NCBI GenBank assembly: GCA_964016885.1
Contig: OZ024742.1
Coordinates: forward strand, 132,370,001-132,434,000
Origin: Eledone cirrhosa
Taxonomy: Eukaryota
Direction: 5' to 3'
Length of the DNA stretch: 64,000 bases
Positions within the stretch are counted from its first letter, which is position 1. Every line of letters begins with the position of its first letter. Below, piece after piece: positions 1-12,009 of this stretch. Below the pieces are notes generated by a model. It did not search any database. It worked only from the letters and a program-made list of their open reading frames with translations, and was not told the DNA's origin. The position numbers and the translations under genes are program-made.

Positions 1-1
1 T

Positions 2-2179
2 AAGAAGTATAAATCTGTCTTTCAAAAGGACCTTGATTCTACCATATTGGACCTAAAAAAGTCTAAAAAAATCCATGTCCACTCGGACAAAACTGGTAAC
101 TTGTATCACATGGATATTGAAGATTATAATGAGTTCATATATAAAGAACTCAGGAAAAATTATAAAAAATCTAATAATGCGTCACTCACCAACATCAACA
201 ACAAAACACACAACATAGTAAAAAAACTAAACATTGAAGATAGAACTGAACCTTTGGCATTGAAAAGACCACACTTCAACCTGAAGGATCATAAATCAAA
301 CTTTAACTCAAATCCTTCTATAAGACTTATATGTCCCTCCAAATCTGATATTGGAATAATTAGCAAAAAAAATTTGGATGGAGTCATCCCACAAATAAGA
401 AAACACGTTAATTTACCACTCTGGGAAAACACTTCCCAGGTAATTAACTGGTTTCAAAATATTAGATGTAAATCTTCTGCTTCATTTCTACAATTTGATA
501 TAGATAATTACTATTCTTCTATATCAACTATACTCCTGAACAAAGCATTGTTATTTGCTAAAAATAGATCTAACTTAACTTTGGATGACATTAATATTAT
601 TACACATGCTAGACTAACACTTATTGAATTTCAGAATGAATACTGGACCAGAAACACATATAGTAATCTATTTGATATTACTATGGGTTCAAGCGATTCC
701 GCCCAAATTACTGATCTTGTGGGCCTCTTTCTCCTTTTCAACATAAATGCCTCCTTTCCCCACCTTAAAGGTGGTTTATATCGTGATGACTGTCTTCTTC
801 TTTCCAACAACCTTAGCCTTTCAGAAATAGAAAAAAACAAAAAGCATATTAGAACTTTCCTTAAAGACTATTATAGTCTTCATATTACTTTTGAAAAAAC
901 AAGTAAAGTAGCAAATTTCCTAGATATAACTTTAGACTTAGCTACGGGTATCTACCAACCTTACCATAAACCCAACCAAAACTTACACTACATACACTCA
1001 CAATCTAATCACCCTAAATCTATCCTTAAAAACCTTGCATATAATATATCACTTAGAATTTCTAACCTTTCTTCTAACCAAGATGTATTTGATAAAAATG
1101 CGACCTTCTATAACGAAGCTCTAGATAGAAGTGGCCACAAAAATAGATTAGAATATATACCTTCTACTAAAAATACTATAAACATACAACCTAATATTAC
1201 CAACAAACACCAAATGAAAAGTACACACCTAAATGCCACCCACATTATACCCCAAAATACCAACAACTCTTCTAATATAAAGTATAGTAACTCTCAAAAA
1301 ACTACTCATCATACAACTCTAATAAATGTTAATAATAAAACCCCTAATAAACAAGATAAAACACCTAAATCTATAAATCTAACTAAAAATGTGCGTGGTG
1401 AAATCATTAACATTAATCCTCCTAGTAAACATCACGATACAACCTATAAAAATAATAAACAACATAGAAACCGTAATAGACGAGTTACTTGGTATAATGC
1501 TCCATTTAATTTACAAATTAAGGATAATATTGCTAAAAAACTTTTTTATATCCTAGAGAAAAACTTCCCGCCAAACCACAAATACCATCAAATCTTAAAT
1601 AGGTCTACAGTTAAATTCTCATACTCAACATCCAATAACATAAAACAAAATATAAATGCCTATAATGCATATAAATGTAAGAATACCATAAGTATACCAC
1701 CAATACATCAAACTAACCATAATATCTCCTCAAATACAGAATTAACGAAAGGTTGTAACTGTAGAAACAAAGCAAACTGCCCATTAAAAGGAAATTGTCT
1801 TGTTAACAACATAGTTTATAAATGTAATGTTAAAACTAAAGATTCTATTTGCTCATATATAGGAGCTACTTCTAACAATTTTAAGGTAAGGTTTGATACC
1901 CACAAACATAGTTTTAAAAATGCCGCACTGGCTAATACAACATCTCTAGCAGAAAAAATCAATAGTTATAAAAATAAGAATATAGAATATGATATGACCT
2001 GGAGTGTGCTCAAAAGAGCCACCCCTTATCAAAATAATAGAAATGAATGTAGATTATGTTCCCAAGAACTATTTGAAATAATGAAATCTAAGGATATCCT
2101 ATTAAATAAACGACAGGAATTAATTATATCGTGTAATCATAAACTAAGAAAAACATTTAAATATTATAAACCTAATTAA
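2..2179 (+). CDS. Hydra-type Penelope-like element polyprotein (RT + C-terminal GIY-YIG endonuclease), 5'-partial, uninterrupted frame
   Basis: Frame is open from the window start (KKYKSVFQKDLD...). RT motifs HSDKTGN, KDHK..P..RLI.P, QFDIDNYY, ITMGS, GLYRDD, NFLDI; linker CNCRNKANCPLKGNC (CxCx5Cx5C); VYKC..YIG..F..R...H and CRLC..E endonuclease motifs. Confidence 0.93.
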   Translation, partial: KKYKSVFQKDLDSTILDLKKSKKIHVHSDKTGNLYHMDIEDYNEFIYKELRKNYKKSNNASLTNINNKTHNIVKKLNIEDRTEPLALKRPHFNLKDHKSNFNSNPSIRLICPSKSDIGIISKKNLDGVIPQIRKHVNLPLWENTSQVINWFQNIRCKSSASFLQFDIDNYYSSISTILLNKALLFAKNRSNLTLDDINIITHARLTLIEFQNEYWTRNTYSNLFDITMGSSDSAQITDLVGLFLLFNINASFPHLKGGLYRDDCLLLSNNLSLSEIEKNKKHIRTFLKDYYSLHITFEKTSKVANFLDITLDLATGIYQPYHKPNQNLHYIHSQSNHPKSILKNLAYNISLRISNLSSNQDVFDKNATFYNEALDRSGHKNRLEYIPSTKNTINIQPNITNKHQMKSTHLNATHIIPQNTNNSSNIKYSNSQKTTHHTTLINVNNKTPNKQDKTPKSINLTKNVRGEIININPPSKHHDTTYKNNKQHRNRNRRVTWYNAPFNLQIKDNIAKKLFYILEKNFPPNHKYHQILNRSTVKFSYSTSNNIKQNINAYNAYKCKNTISIPPIHQTNHNISSNTELTKGCNCRNKANCPLKGNCLVNNIVYKCNVKTKDSICSYIGATSNNFKVRFDTHKHSFKNAALANTTSLAEKINSYKNKNIEYDMTWSVLKRATPYQNNRNECRLCSQELFEIMKSKDILLNKRQELIISCNHKLRKTFKYYKPN

Positions 2180-2656
2180 TAACATTATTTTAGAAATTAA
2201 TATATAATTTAATTTAAATGTTAGTTAACCTATAAATTTAATTTAATTAAAATTCTACTACAGATGAGATTATAAAATATTGTGTAATCATAAATTGTGA
2301 AAAACTTTTAAATATTACTAATATATACTTCGTAAATTAATTTATAGATTAATTTTAATTTATTTAACCTTTTATTAAAATTCCTTTACAGATTAAATAT
2401 AACAAAATATCGTGTATTCAAAGACAGAGAAATATTTTTTAATATTATAGACCTAATTATCGTACATTTTAGAAATATATTTATAATTTGGTTTTAATTT
2501 GGTTAACCTAAAAATTTAATTTAATTGGCTTAAAATTAAAATCCTAATACAGATGGATTGTAGAGTGTCATGTAATCATAGACTGAGATAGGTTTTGGAT
2601 GTATACCTAGTTAATATATTCTTTGCAATTTTTGAAAAAATATGTATATATATGTG

Positions 2657-2719
<63 letters not shown>

Positions 2720-3240
2720 TTATGTATATGTATGTGTGTATATATTAATTTTAATTTCTGTTTACCTATAATTATATTCTACTATAGATAAAATACAATA
2801 TCTGTTTTAATTATTATAAACCTAACTAACATATACTATAGAAATTAATATATAATTTTTAATTTAGTTAACCTATAATTTATATTCTACTACCGATGTA
2901 ATACTTTATTTGTTTTTTTTCCCTATTACTGAATTCATTTCCTAATATTGATACCATAACGTTAATAATTTTAATTTAGTTATACTATAATTAATACTCT
3001 ACTACTATTTAACTTCAAAATTCCGCTTCAAATATTATAAACCTAAGTAGTATACACCTTAGAAATCAATATATTAACTATCTTTAATTTAGTTAACCTA
3101 TAATTAATAGTCTACTTATATTAAAATGCATAATTTTGCCTTCTTTCTTACATTTCCTAATACTGAAACTACTATGTAAACACATATTATGATCTAAATG
3201 CAGATTAATATTCTATGTTTCTTGAAACCTATATTTACTA
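2128..3240 (+). repeat. Degenerate tandem duplications (~130-220 bp) of the ORF 3' end
   Basis: Motifs gtaatcataaact, aaatattataaacctaa and ttagttaacctataa recur at about 2128, 2280, 2410, 2570, 2810 and 3030. Confidence 0.75.
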
Positions 3241-3561
3241 TAATCCCCCCCCCCTATTATTATTTGTATTTATAAGCGTGTATATATGTATGTATATGTA
3301 GGTAGGTATGTATGTTTGGGTGTTTGTATGTGAGTATAAAATTACATATGTGCGCATGTAAATAAGGGTGTATGATTGTGTGTATATATGTATATATATA
3401 TATATATATATGCATATATATGTATATATATATATGTATATATGTATGTATCTATGTATTTATGTGGGTATATGTGTGTATGTATATGTATGCGCATGTA
3501 TACGTCTATGTGTATATGTGTGTATGTGTATATATGTACGTATGTGCGCATGTATATGTGA

Positions 3562-3600
<39 letters not shown>

Positions 3601-3603
<3 letters not shown>

Positions 3604-3897
3604 GATGTTGAATGAATGGAGGCTGTATTTGTAGGGCCATATTTGTTTCATTATATATGTTTCAGGGATGTCATATTGACGATGTGTTGTGCCTTCTTCA
3701 GACAAAATACAATATAGACAGTTTTATAAATAAATAGATTTGACATACCGTTCAACATCGACTTGTATTTGAAAAGTTGATTTGGCAGTATTTTGTCTGA
3801 GGAAGGCATAGCGTATTGTTAGTGTGATGTCCCTGAGGTATGTATGATGAAATAGATGTGGTTTTGTAGATGTAGTTTCCATTTATTTAGTATCGTA
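3601..3897. repeat. Inverted pseudo-LTR pair (arms 3601-3710 and 3788-3897) with exclusively G.T mismatches; HHR remnant
   Basis: Manual ungapped alignment gives 77/110 identities and 33 mismatches, all G opposite T. The minus strand of the left arm reads CTGAAGA...GAAACATATATA. Confidence 0.92.
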
Positions 3898-4049
3898 AAT
3901 ATACTCCAAATACTTGTTGAGTGCTTTTATATCAGTTATAAATATTTACTAGTTGTAACCCAACAATTTAAGTATAACTTTCCATATATATATATATATA
4001 TATATTTGTAGTTGATGTGTGTATGTGTATATATATATGTATGTATATG

Positions 4050-4105
<56 letters not shown>

Positions 4106-4221
4106 TATATGTATGTATATATGTGTGTATATGTATGTGTGTGCATATTTGTCTGACTGTGTGTATTAATTAATTAATTAATTTATTTATTTTATTTCTT
4201 TTATTTCTTTATTTTTATATA

Positions 4222-4282
<61 letters not shown>

Positions 4283-4602
4283 GTGTGTCTATATATATGT
4301 ATGTGTGTATGTATGTGTATGTATATATGTGTGTGTGTATGTGTGTATATATTTATGTGTGTATATGTATTTCTATTTATATATGTATATATGTGTATGT
4401 ATATCCCTTTATTTATGTATGTCTGAGTTGTGTGAGCGTGTGGTTGTGTTTGTATGTGTATACGCATACATGGATGTGTATGTATGTGTATATATGCGTA
4501 TATGTATGTGTGTATGTGTGTGTGTGTATATATGTATATCTATGTATGAGTATGTATGTGTATGTATGTGTATATATATATATATGTGTATATATATATA
4601 TA

Positions 4603-4643
<41 letters not shown>

Positions 4644-4713
4644 TATATGATATGTGTGTGTGTATATATATATATATATATCTTTGTATGTGTGTATGTG
4701 TATATGTGTGTAT

Positions 4714-4758
<45 letters not shown>

Positions 4759-4812
4759 GGTATGTATATGTATGTGTGTATATACATGAGTGTGTTTATA
4801 TATGTGTATAGA

Positions 4813-4877
<65 letters not shown>

Positions 4878-5078
4878 TGTGAATGTATATATATATATCT
4901 ATGTGTGTATATGTATATATATATGTGTGTATATATGTATATGTCTATGTATTTATATGTGTATGTGTATGTGTCTCTATATGTATGCGTGTGTGTATGT
5001 GTATATGTATTTATATGGTGTGTGTATGTATATGTATGTGTATGTATGTGTTTATGTATATGTGTATGTATATGTATG

Positions 5079-5145
<67 letters not shown>

Positions 5146-5212
5146 GTATATGTATGTATATTGATGTATATTTTATATTTTACTTGTTTATATATATATA
5201 TATATGTATATA

Positions 5213-5264
<52 letters not shown>

Positions 5265-5855
5265 CTTAATATTTTTCTTTTTTGTTTTTCTTTTTATTTC
5301 TAAATTTATAGATACATTTATAAATAGGCAGTCTGCTGACACCACTAAATACTGACCTCTCCCCCCCCCCCCTACTTTCTGTATCTGGATCTAAATATGT
5401 GTGGCAGTGTTTATGTGCGCGCATTAATGTCCATATGCTTATGATAATAGTATATACACATATATGTGTGTGGGAGTGTGTGTGTGTATGTATGTTCGTG
5501 GTTGTGTGTATGTTTATGCGTATACGCGCGTGTGTGTGTGAATGTATGTATATGTGTGAGTATATGAATGTGTATATATTTATTTTTATATTTATATGTT
5601 TATATGCGTATACGTATTTTATCTGTAGATTATAAACATACAGACACATTAGCCCTGAATTTTTGTATTTACATACATCTTTTCGACATGCGTATGCATG
5701 TGAACATATATTTTTATGCATATCTGTGAACGAAGTTACTTACATATATACATGCACCTAACTGTATAAACTTTTTGTGTTTTCATTGGTCAATTTGAAC
5801 TCTGTTCCCAAACAGACCTGTAATTTTGAATTGTTGTTATTATCAATAAATATAT

Positions 5856-6009
5856 TTCATTATTTCTGAAGACGGCATATATATGTGTTGGTATGTATAT
5901 TTAATTTTGATAGTTTGTATAATTTTGTATAATTTTGTACATAGATCTGTTGAATATGCATGCCAACTCTAACACATATATATCCTAGAAACGATCGTTA
6001 AATAATGAA
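5856..6009 (+). ncRNA. Type I hammerhead ribozyme (PLE pseudo-LTR)
   Basis: Stem I ttcattattt/aaataatgaa (10 bp), CTGAAGA, long stem II (atatatatgtgtt/aacacatatatat), GAAA, palindromic stem III ACGATCGT, predicted GUU cleavage. Confidence 0.85.
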
Positions 6010-6562
6010 CTTTTTTTGTTTAATATAAGGAACTGTTTCATTGTTTTATTCATTATTTTTTTAATATTTTATATATATATATATACATTTTTAAAATCTA
6101 TTTTTTATTTACTTCAATCGGGATTTTAACTTGTAAACTTTTTTTAATTTCTAATTTTCAATAATGATTTCCACTGTGAAACCATAACATCTAGAATTAA
6201 GTTAGTTTCTCTTAGTGGCTTGTGGCAAATTTTATTGTCCAAGCGGAATGTAGGGGTAGTAGTGAGGCCCATTAAGAATCATATTCTGCCACTACCACTG
6301 GGTTTCGGTCAACCGCAAATACCAAGACGGCAAGTAGCAAATTATAGCCATCTCACATTACAGACCTGGATGGGGGTGCTTGTTTTGTCGGGGTAAGGGG
6401 GGACCTGCCTGGGCGAATTTCGTATAGTGTTTGGGTGGTGGATAGTCAACCTCCTTCGGACTCACAAGGGAGCGGACGAAGGTCTCAAGAGCACCTGCTT
6501 TGTCCGTTCCCTTGTCGATTCAATTTGGAATACCTCGAGAACTTAACCTTATTATGTAAGAA

Positions 6563-6636
6563 GCTGTCTGATGATGTCACGGACTGGTTACACCGAAGAG
6601 GGTCACAACTGTCGTCATTGAAATATGTATCACAGC
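6563..6636 (+). ncRNA. Type I hammerhead ribozyme in a solo pseudo-LTR (~6080-6690)
   Basis: gctgt-CTGATGA-...-GAAA-TATGTA-TC-acagc; same family as 53400-53705. Confidence 0.75.
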
Positions 6637-6685
6637 ATTATCATTAAAGGACTTTAACATATGAAACTACTTTGAATTTTCTTAT

Positions 6686-6716
<31 letters not shown>

Positions 6717-6726
6717 TTGTGTGTTT

Positions 6727-6814
<88 letters not shown>

Positions 6815-9719
6815 TTAAACCGTCAATCATTTCGAATGTAATATGCTTTGCAAATATATATTTGGTGCTCAGTGAAACAAGCCCAATTTAAACTTGAATA
6901 GATTTAATAAACAAATCAATTTATCTGATTATGTTCTTAACATATTTTCATTGTACTATAACTTTGTTAATGTTGCAATACATGTTTTCAAACAAATTTA
7001 TTTTCATGAACATCCTGTTAGATGATGACATAACAGAATAATAACATAACGAAAAATCATGGGAAAGAGGAATTTCAGGTGCTATCTAAGCAATACAGGT
7101 GAAAATAAATACTTTTGTATGTTATTTTTCAGATGCTGGAATAATGACCTTCACATGTTACAACAGTTATTTTGGAAAATCAATAGATTTTCAAATCTGA
7201 TACAAATTCAATTAAGAAGTGTTCATAAACAACCCTGACGGAGAAAACAATATGCTATCAGCACTACTGAGCACTTATTTCAGACAATAGTTGAATGGTA
7301 TTGGAAATCACTTCAAACAAAGACAGTTGTGTCATATAAGACTGTATGAATGATAATCATATTCAAGACAATAACATACAAGGACCTCCACTATATAGAG
7401 AAAAATCAACTAGGAAATATTCTAGGGACAAAAATGTAAGAAAATCAATAACAAGAACACATTCATGATAATTTGATACATATAATTGCAAACGATTCAT
7501 TCTCATAATGTGTAAAAAATCCTTCGAACACATTTATGCCCTGTTACCAGAGAATATTTGCCATGAGAACCTCGAGTGTCATGTTGATGTAGTGTTAAAT
7601 ACTCGGACTGAGTTGATAGAAATTGAAGTATCTATTAGAAAGATTGGTAATAGCATTAACAAAGCAAATAGCTAAAGTTGGAGAACTACAATATTGAACA
7701 TTACATCATCTTCACATTTAGAAACACCAGCAAGTATATCACGCCATAATACCTGTCCGATTTATACATATGTGGATATGTGTATGGATTTATGCGTATG
7801 TGGATATGTGTGTGTGAGTAGATGTTTGTGTGGATGTTTCTCAAATGCCTTACTCAAGCTAGTAATACAATAACCAAGAGAAATATTATGCTATGTCTCC
7901 TCCTAAATTCCACATATTTATCTTATGACCCTACAATTGTAAACGACTTCCAAATTATTTAGGGAAATGAACGAACGTTTTACTTTCAACTAGTAATATT
8001 ACCTAAATACATTTCCAGTTAAACAACATCAAAAGCAACTGCAAAATAGAGCAACAAAACACAATTTGTTGATTCTCTCATTACATATGCTACATATACA
8101 TTAACAAACTCTATGCCAGTGTTCACATCGGTAGACACATGCTAAGAAACATCTCACATAGAAGCCGTTCATCTGGCATAGCATTTGTCCTAATGGTTAA
8201 ACAAATGAAATATATATTCGTCACAGTATACGAGGCAAGTAATCCGAATAGCCATAGGTGTTACCAGTATTTTGCTCTACTGTGTATGTATGTGGGTGGG
8301 TGTATTTTTAGTGTGTCTCCTGTGTATATGTGTGAATGTATGTGTGTGTATGTCAACGCAACAGTGACTGCATATTATCACCGTAACATATATATGTTTG
8401 TCGGTAAAATCCTTACACATAGGATTATCAAATCATTTACTGTCATATTTCTTCATGATTGCTGCTGTTGAGGCCGCATTGCACAAACCTCAGTTCGTAA
8501 AATTATATGTCTGCGACACAGGCATTCATGTGGCATCAACGGAAGTCAGAGATTAACATAGATTCGGCATAAGGAAACATTAGCTGTGATCGAGGCTTTG
8601 ACATATTCAGGCTAGAACTGAAAAACTCAGTGATGATCTGACTATCATCATATGGAAATAAGACCTACGGTTAAATACAGATGAAGTGAATGATAATGAC
8701 ATTAAGATAATGACTCCTCCACCAGTCTCCTTTACCGAGATTATGGATAGTTTGGACATTTTAACTGAACACAAGACGATGCCGGTGGCGTTGTGTTGCT
8801 GAGACAGTGAAAAATTATCTTTAATAACAGAAGAATAAAGAAAGACATACAAGTACATTAAGAAAGAACAGCTAGTTAGTTTGTACACAAATTAATGTCT
8901 GAGTCCCAAACAAATATATATTATTTTCATGAATTACCATCTTCAATGTACTCTGTGAACTTTCATTGTACGCATGTAGATGTATTTTTGTAATGACCTC
9001 ACGTTTTCATCTCCATATTGTCGTTAATTAGCCGAAATACAGTTTCGATTGAAAAAATATCACGAATTTTTAAATGATATCGTTTCGGTGTACATATTTT
9101 ATTGTACAACTGAATTTTATGCGCAACTGTTTGATATGTGCACTTGTAATAGATATCTTAAGGGGATTCAACGTACAAAAATGTGTGTCAATGCTGGTTC
9201 ATTGAATTACAGGTACAGTCCATCGGATGGACTTCCCAGCAGATTCCGTCTAGCCAACTTCACTCACAAATGCTCTACTGAACAATTCATGTAATAGAAA
9301 CAAGTCTATTTCATAACTGCTCCATTTTAGAGAATAATATTTTACTTGAGCGCAAATATAACAATTTGGAATGTAAGAAAATCTTAAAGGTCAATTAGCC
9401 TTGAACGGAATAGTTAACCGCAGTGGGATTTAAACCAGTTCTCAAAGAACGGATACAAGAACATTAAAGCATTTGTCTGTCGAACTAACGAGTCTGCCAG
9501 GCCACTATTTTACACCAGTTCATAAAATACATTGCCACGTGTTCCTCCTAACATATCAATAATGAGTATGGCAAACGGAATCGTCCCTGCTATGTACCTT
9601 GTTACGCATATAAAGACAGTTTATTAACATATAATTTGAAATGATGTAATCGGAATAATGGAAACACCACGAGGTAGCGTAATCAGTTTTGATAGTCTAT
9701 GTTGCTGAAATTAAAGAGA

Positions 9720-10020
9720 AGATAAAGGGAGAGAGAGAGGGAGAAAGTGAGAGAGACAGAGAAAGCAAGAAAAAGAGTGAGTGCGAGTGAGAGAGAGAGA
9801 GAGAGAGAGAGAGCGGGAGAGAGTAGAATATAGAAGTCAATAGTGAGAGAGAGAGAGAGAGAGAGAGAAAGTGAGTGAGAGAGAGAGAGTAGAATATAGA
9901 AGTCAATGGTGAGAGAGAGATAGAGAGAGAGAGAGAGAAGTTGAGATGGAGAATTTCAGAGTGAGAGGTTGATAGAGAAAGAGAGGGGAGAGCAAGAGAT
10001 TTAGAAATAGAGAGGGAGCC
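9720..10020. repeat. (GA)n-rich microsatellite
   Basis: Visible GA/GAGT repeats with a small internal duplication (gagtagaatatagaagtcaat x2). Confidence 0.9.
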
Positions 10021-10207
10021 TCTATGCTACCATTCGATTTTCAAATAATAGCAACCTAATCTCCCACAAATTAAATGTTACTGTCTTAATGAAGGCAAAC
10101 CTAATCTTTTAGAAACAGAGCATTATTCCTGGAATCCCTTTGATAGCAAACATGCTACTTGAAAGGTACATGGGATTCAACATCAATAAGATATATATAT
10201 ATATATA

Positions 10208-10800
10208 TTTATTAAAATAACAGATTAAAGTTTAAGCGAATAATCGGTGCTTTCACCCTAAACAGGATCTTCTGAAACAAACAAAGTCAATCTGTGAACG
10301 CAGAAGTGAATATTTCAAAAAACGTGCAGCCGGAGGAAGACAGGAAGACGATACTTTGGTTCGTGGAAACGTTCCCTAGCAAAGAACGGGAAAAAAACGA
10401 ATATAATACGTCATTATTGGAGCGGTGAAAAACAATTACACGCAAAGACAGAACCACTTTTATGGTATCAAAGAAGTCATAGACTAATATTCCCTTAGGT
10501 GGTTCATAGAGACGTTCTCTGGCAATGAAGGGAAAAAACGAAGATAATACGTCATATGTGGAGCGTGGAGAACAATTGCACGCAAAGACAAAAAACACGT
10601 CAATGGTATAACTGAAGTCGTAGACTAAAATTCTAACTAGGAAACCAAATGATTCTCCGCTTCAGAGTTAAGAATAAGTAAATAAAATACAGAGGTAATT
10701 GAAATTAAATAAATACATACACGCATCCAAATACGTACATACACAAGCATACGCGAAAACATTCGCCATAGGTATACACATACACGCACATATAAATATC

Positions 10801-10833
<33 letters not shown>

Positions 10834-11588
10834 ATACAAATAATTAAATAAACGTATATAAATAAATAAATACGTATATGACAAGCTCACACACATACCT
10901 TCATCTAAATACACAAATGTTCGGAGACGACGTCAACCAAAACACGACGTACACATATACACACACCCAACATACGTACTAAACCCGCATACTCACACAG
11001 ACGCAAAACTCACGTATACACATAACCAAAAGCATATGTACAAGAATATATAAAATATACGCCATAACATATACGTACGAGAAAGTATACATACCTTCAC
11101 AAAACATACAGGTAATATATACTTACCTATGCAAATAAGTAATGGTATGAACATAACATATACTTAGCTACCACATCAAGACGTAAAATATCCGCGTATA
11201 GATCGTAGTATTCGTTAGGGTATAATGTGGGGCTGTAATACAGGAAAGTTTTGTGCAATTTATGTTTACAAGGCGAAATTGCCTCAGATTTTTTGTTTAA
11301 AATGTGGTCTGTGGCGTAGAGTATTTCCAGGGCCTCAGCTGCGCAGATCTCACATCGTCTTTTATTTCCGTTATACGATCTAGCCCTAGCTAGGTTCTCC
11401 CAATGTAAATTATATTGGGTGTGGTTGTCTTTTAGTCTCCAGATATAAGCTGAAAGTGACGTCATATTCATTCTTAGAGGGGAACGAAAAGAATGGGTAT
11501 GCATGTAAAGACGCTGCTTGAATCTATTGGCGGTTAACCATGGGACGTGGGTGTTTCAACCTTACATTTGTAGACAATGTTACTAGAG
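10208..11588 (-). mobile_element. 5'-truncated Hydra-type PLE (GIY-YIG fragment, 3' UTR, pseudo-LTR)
   Basis: ORF 11127-11504 (HTHSFR..TSLSAYIW..CEICAAE..LNKKSE..CKH) is homologous to 57160-58550. HHR-like motif with CAGAAGA core at 10220-10295. Confidence 0.9.
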
Positions 11589-12009
11589 GTTTGTATGTGT
11601 ATGTATGGATATGTTGATATATATGTGTGTATGTATGTATGTGTATATGTATGTGTATGTATATATATATACATATATATGTGTGTGTGTATGTATGTGT
11701 GTGTATATATGTGTGTATGTATATATGTGTGTGTATGTAAGTGTGTGTGTGTGTGTGTGTGTTTGTGTACTTTTAAGAAACCACTGGTAAATGAAATAAT
11801 TGCCTTATATTGTTTATTACATAACTATTAAGCTATGTAACCTACATAGAACACTCTTTTTTCCTGGACCTTTCCGACGGAATTACTACATTTATACAGC
11901 TCCAACCGGGATTGATTGAAGCATATTCTATATTACATATTTGGTTGGCACTTTCCAGCCCGATTAGTTGAGCACTCTACAGTTTTCAGGAATTTAACCA
12001 ACATACACC

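Larger units (their letters stand above)
1..6070 (+). mobile_element. Hydra-type PLE copy 1: ORF, long microsatellite-rich 3' UTR and HHR-bearing pseudo-LTR ending at (TA)n
   Basis: ORF to 2179, TA/TG-rich UTR, hammerhead at 5856-6009, then a TA tract at ~6070. The same layout is seen in the other copies in the window. Confidence 0.75.

Noticed and set aside
3601-3897. C>T deamination or CpG decay as the cause of the G.T mismatches
   Set aside because: The C/G reconstruction destroys the hammerhead GAAA, the sites are not CpG-focused, and CpG decay would hit both strands and also give A.C mismatches.
6900-9700. Short ORFs in unique-looking DNA here and at 43000-51500
   Set aside because: No recognisable motifs or consistent splice structure; cannot be supported without expression data.
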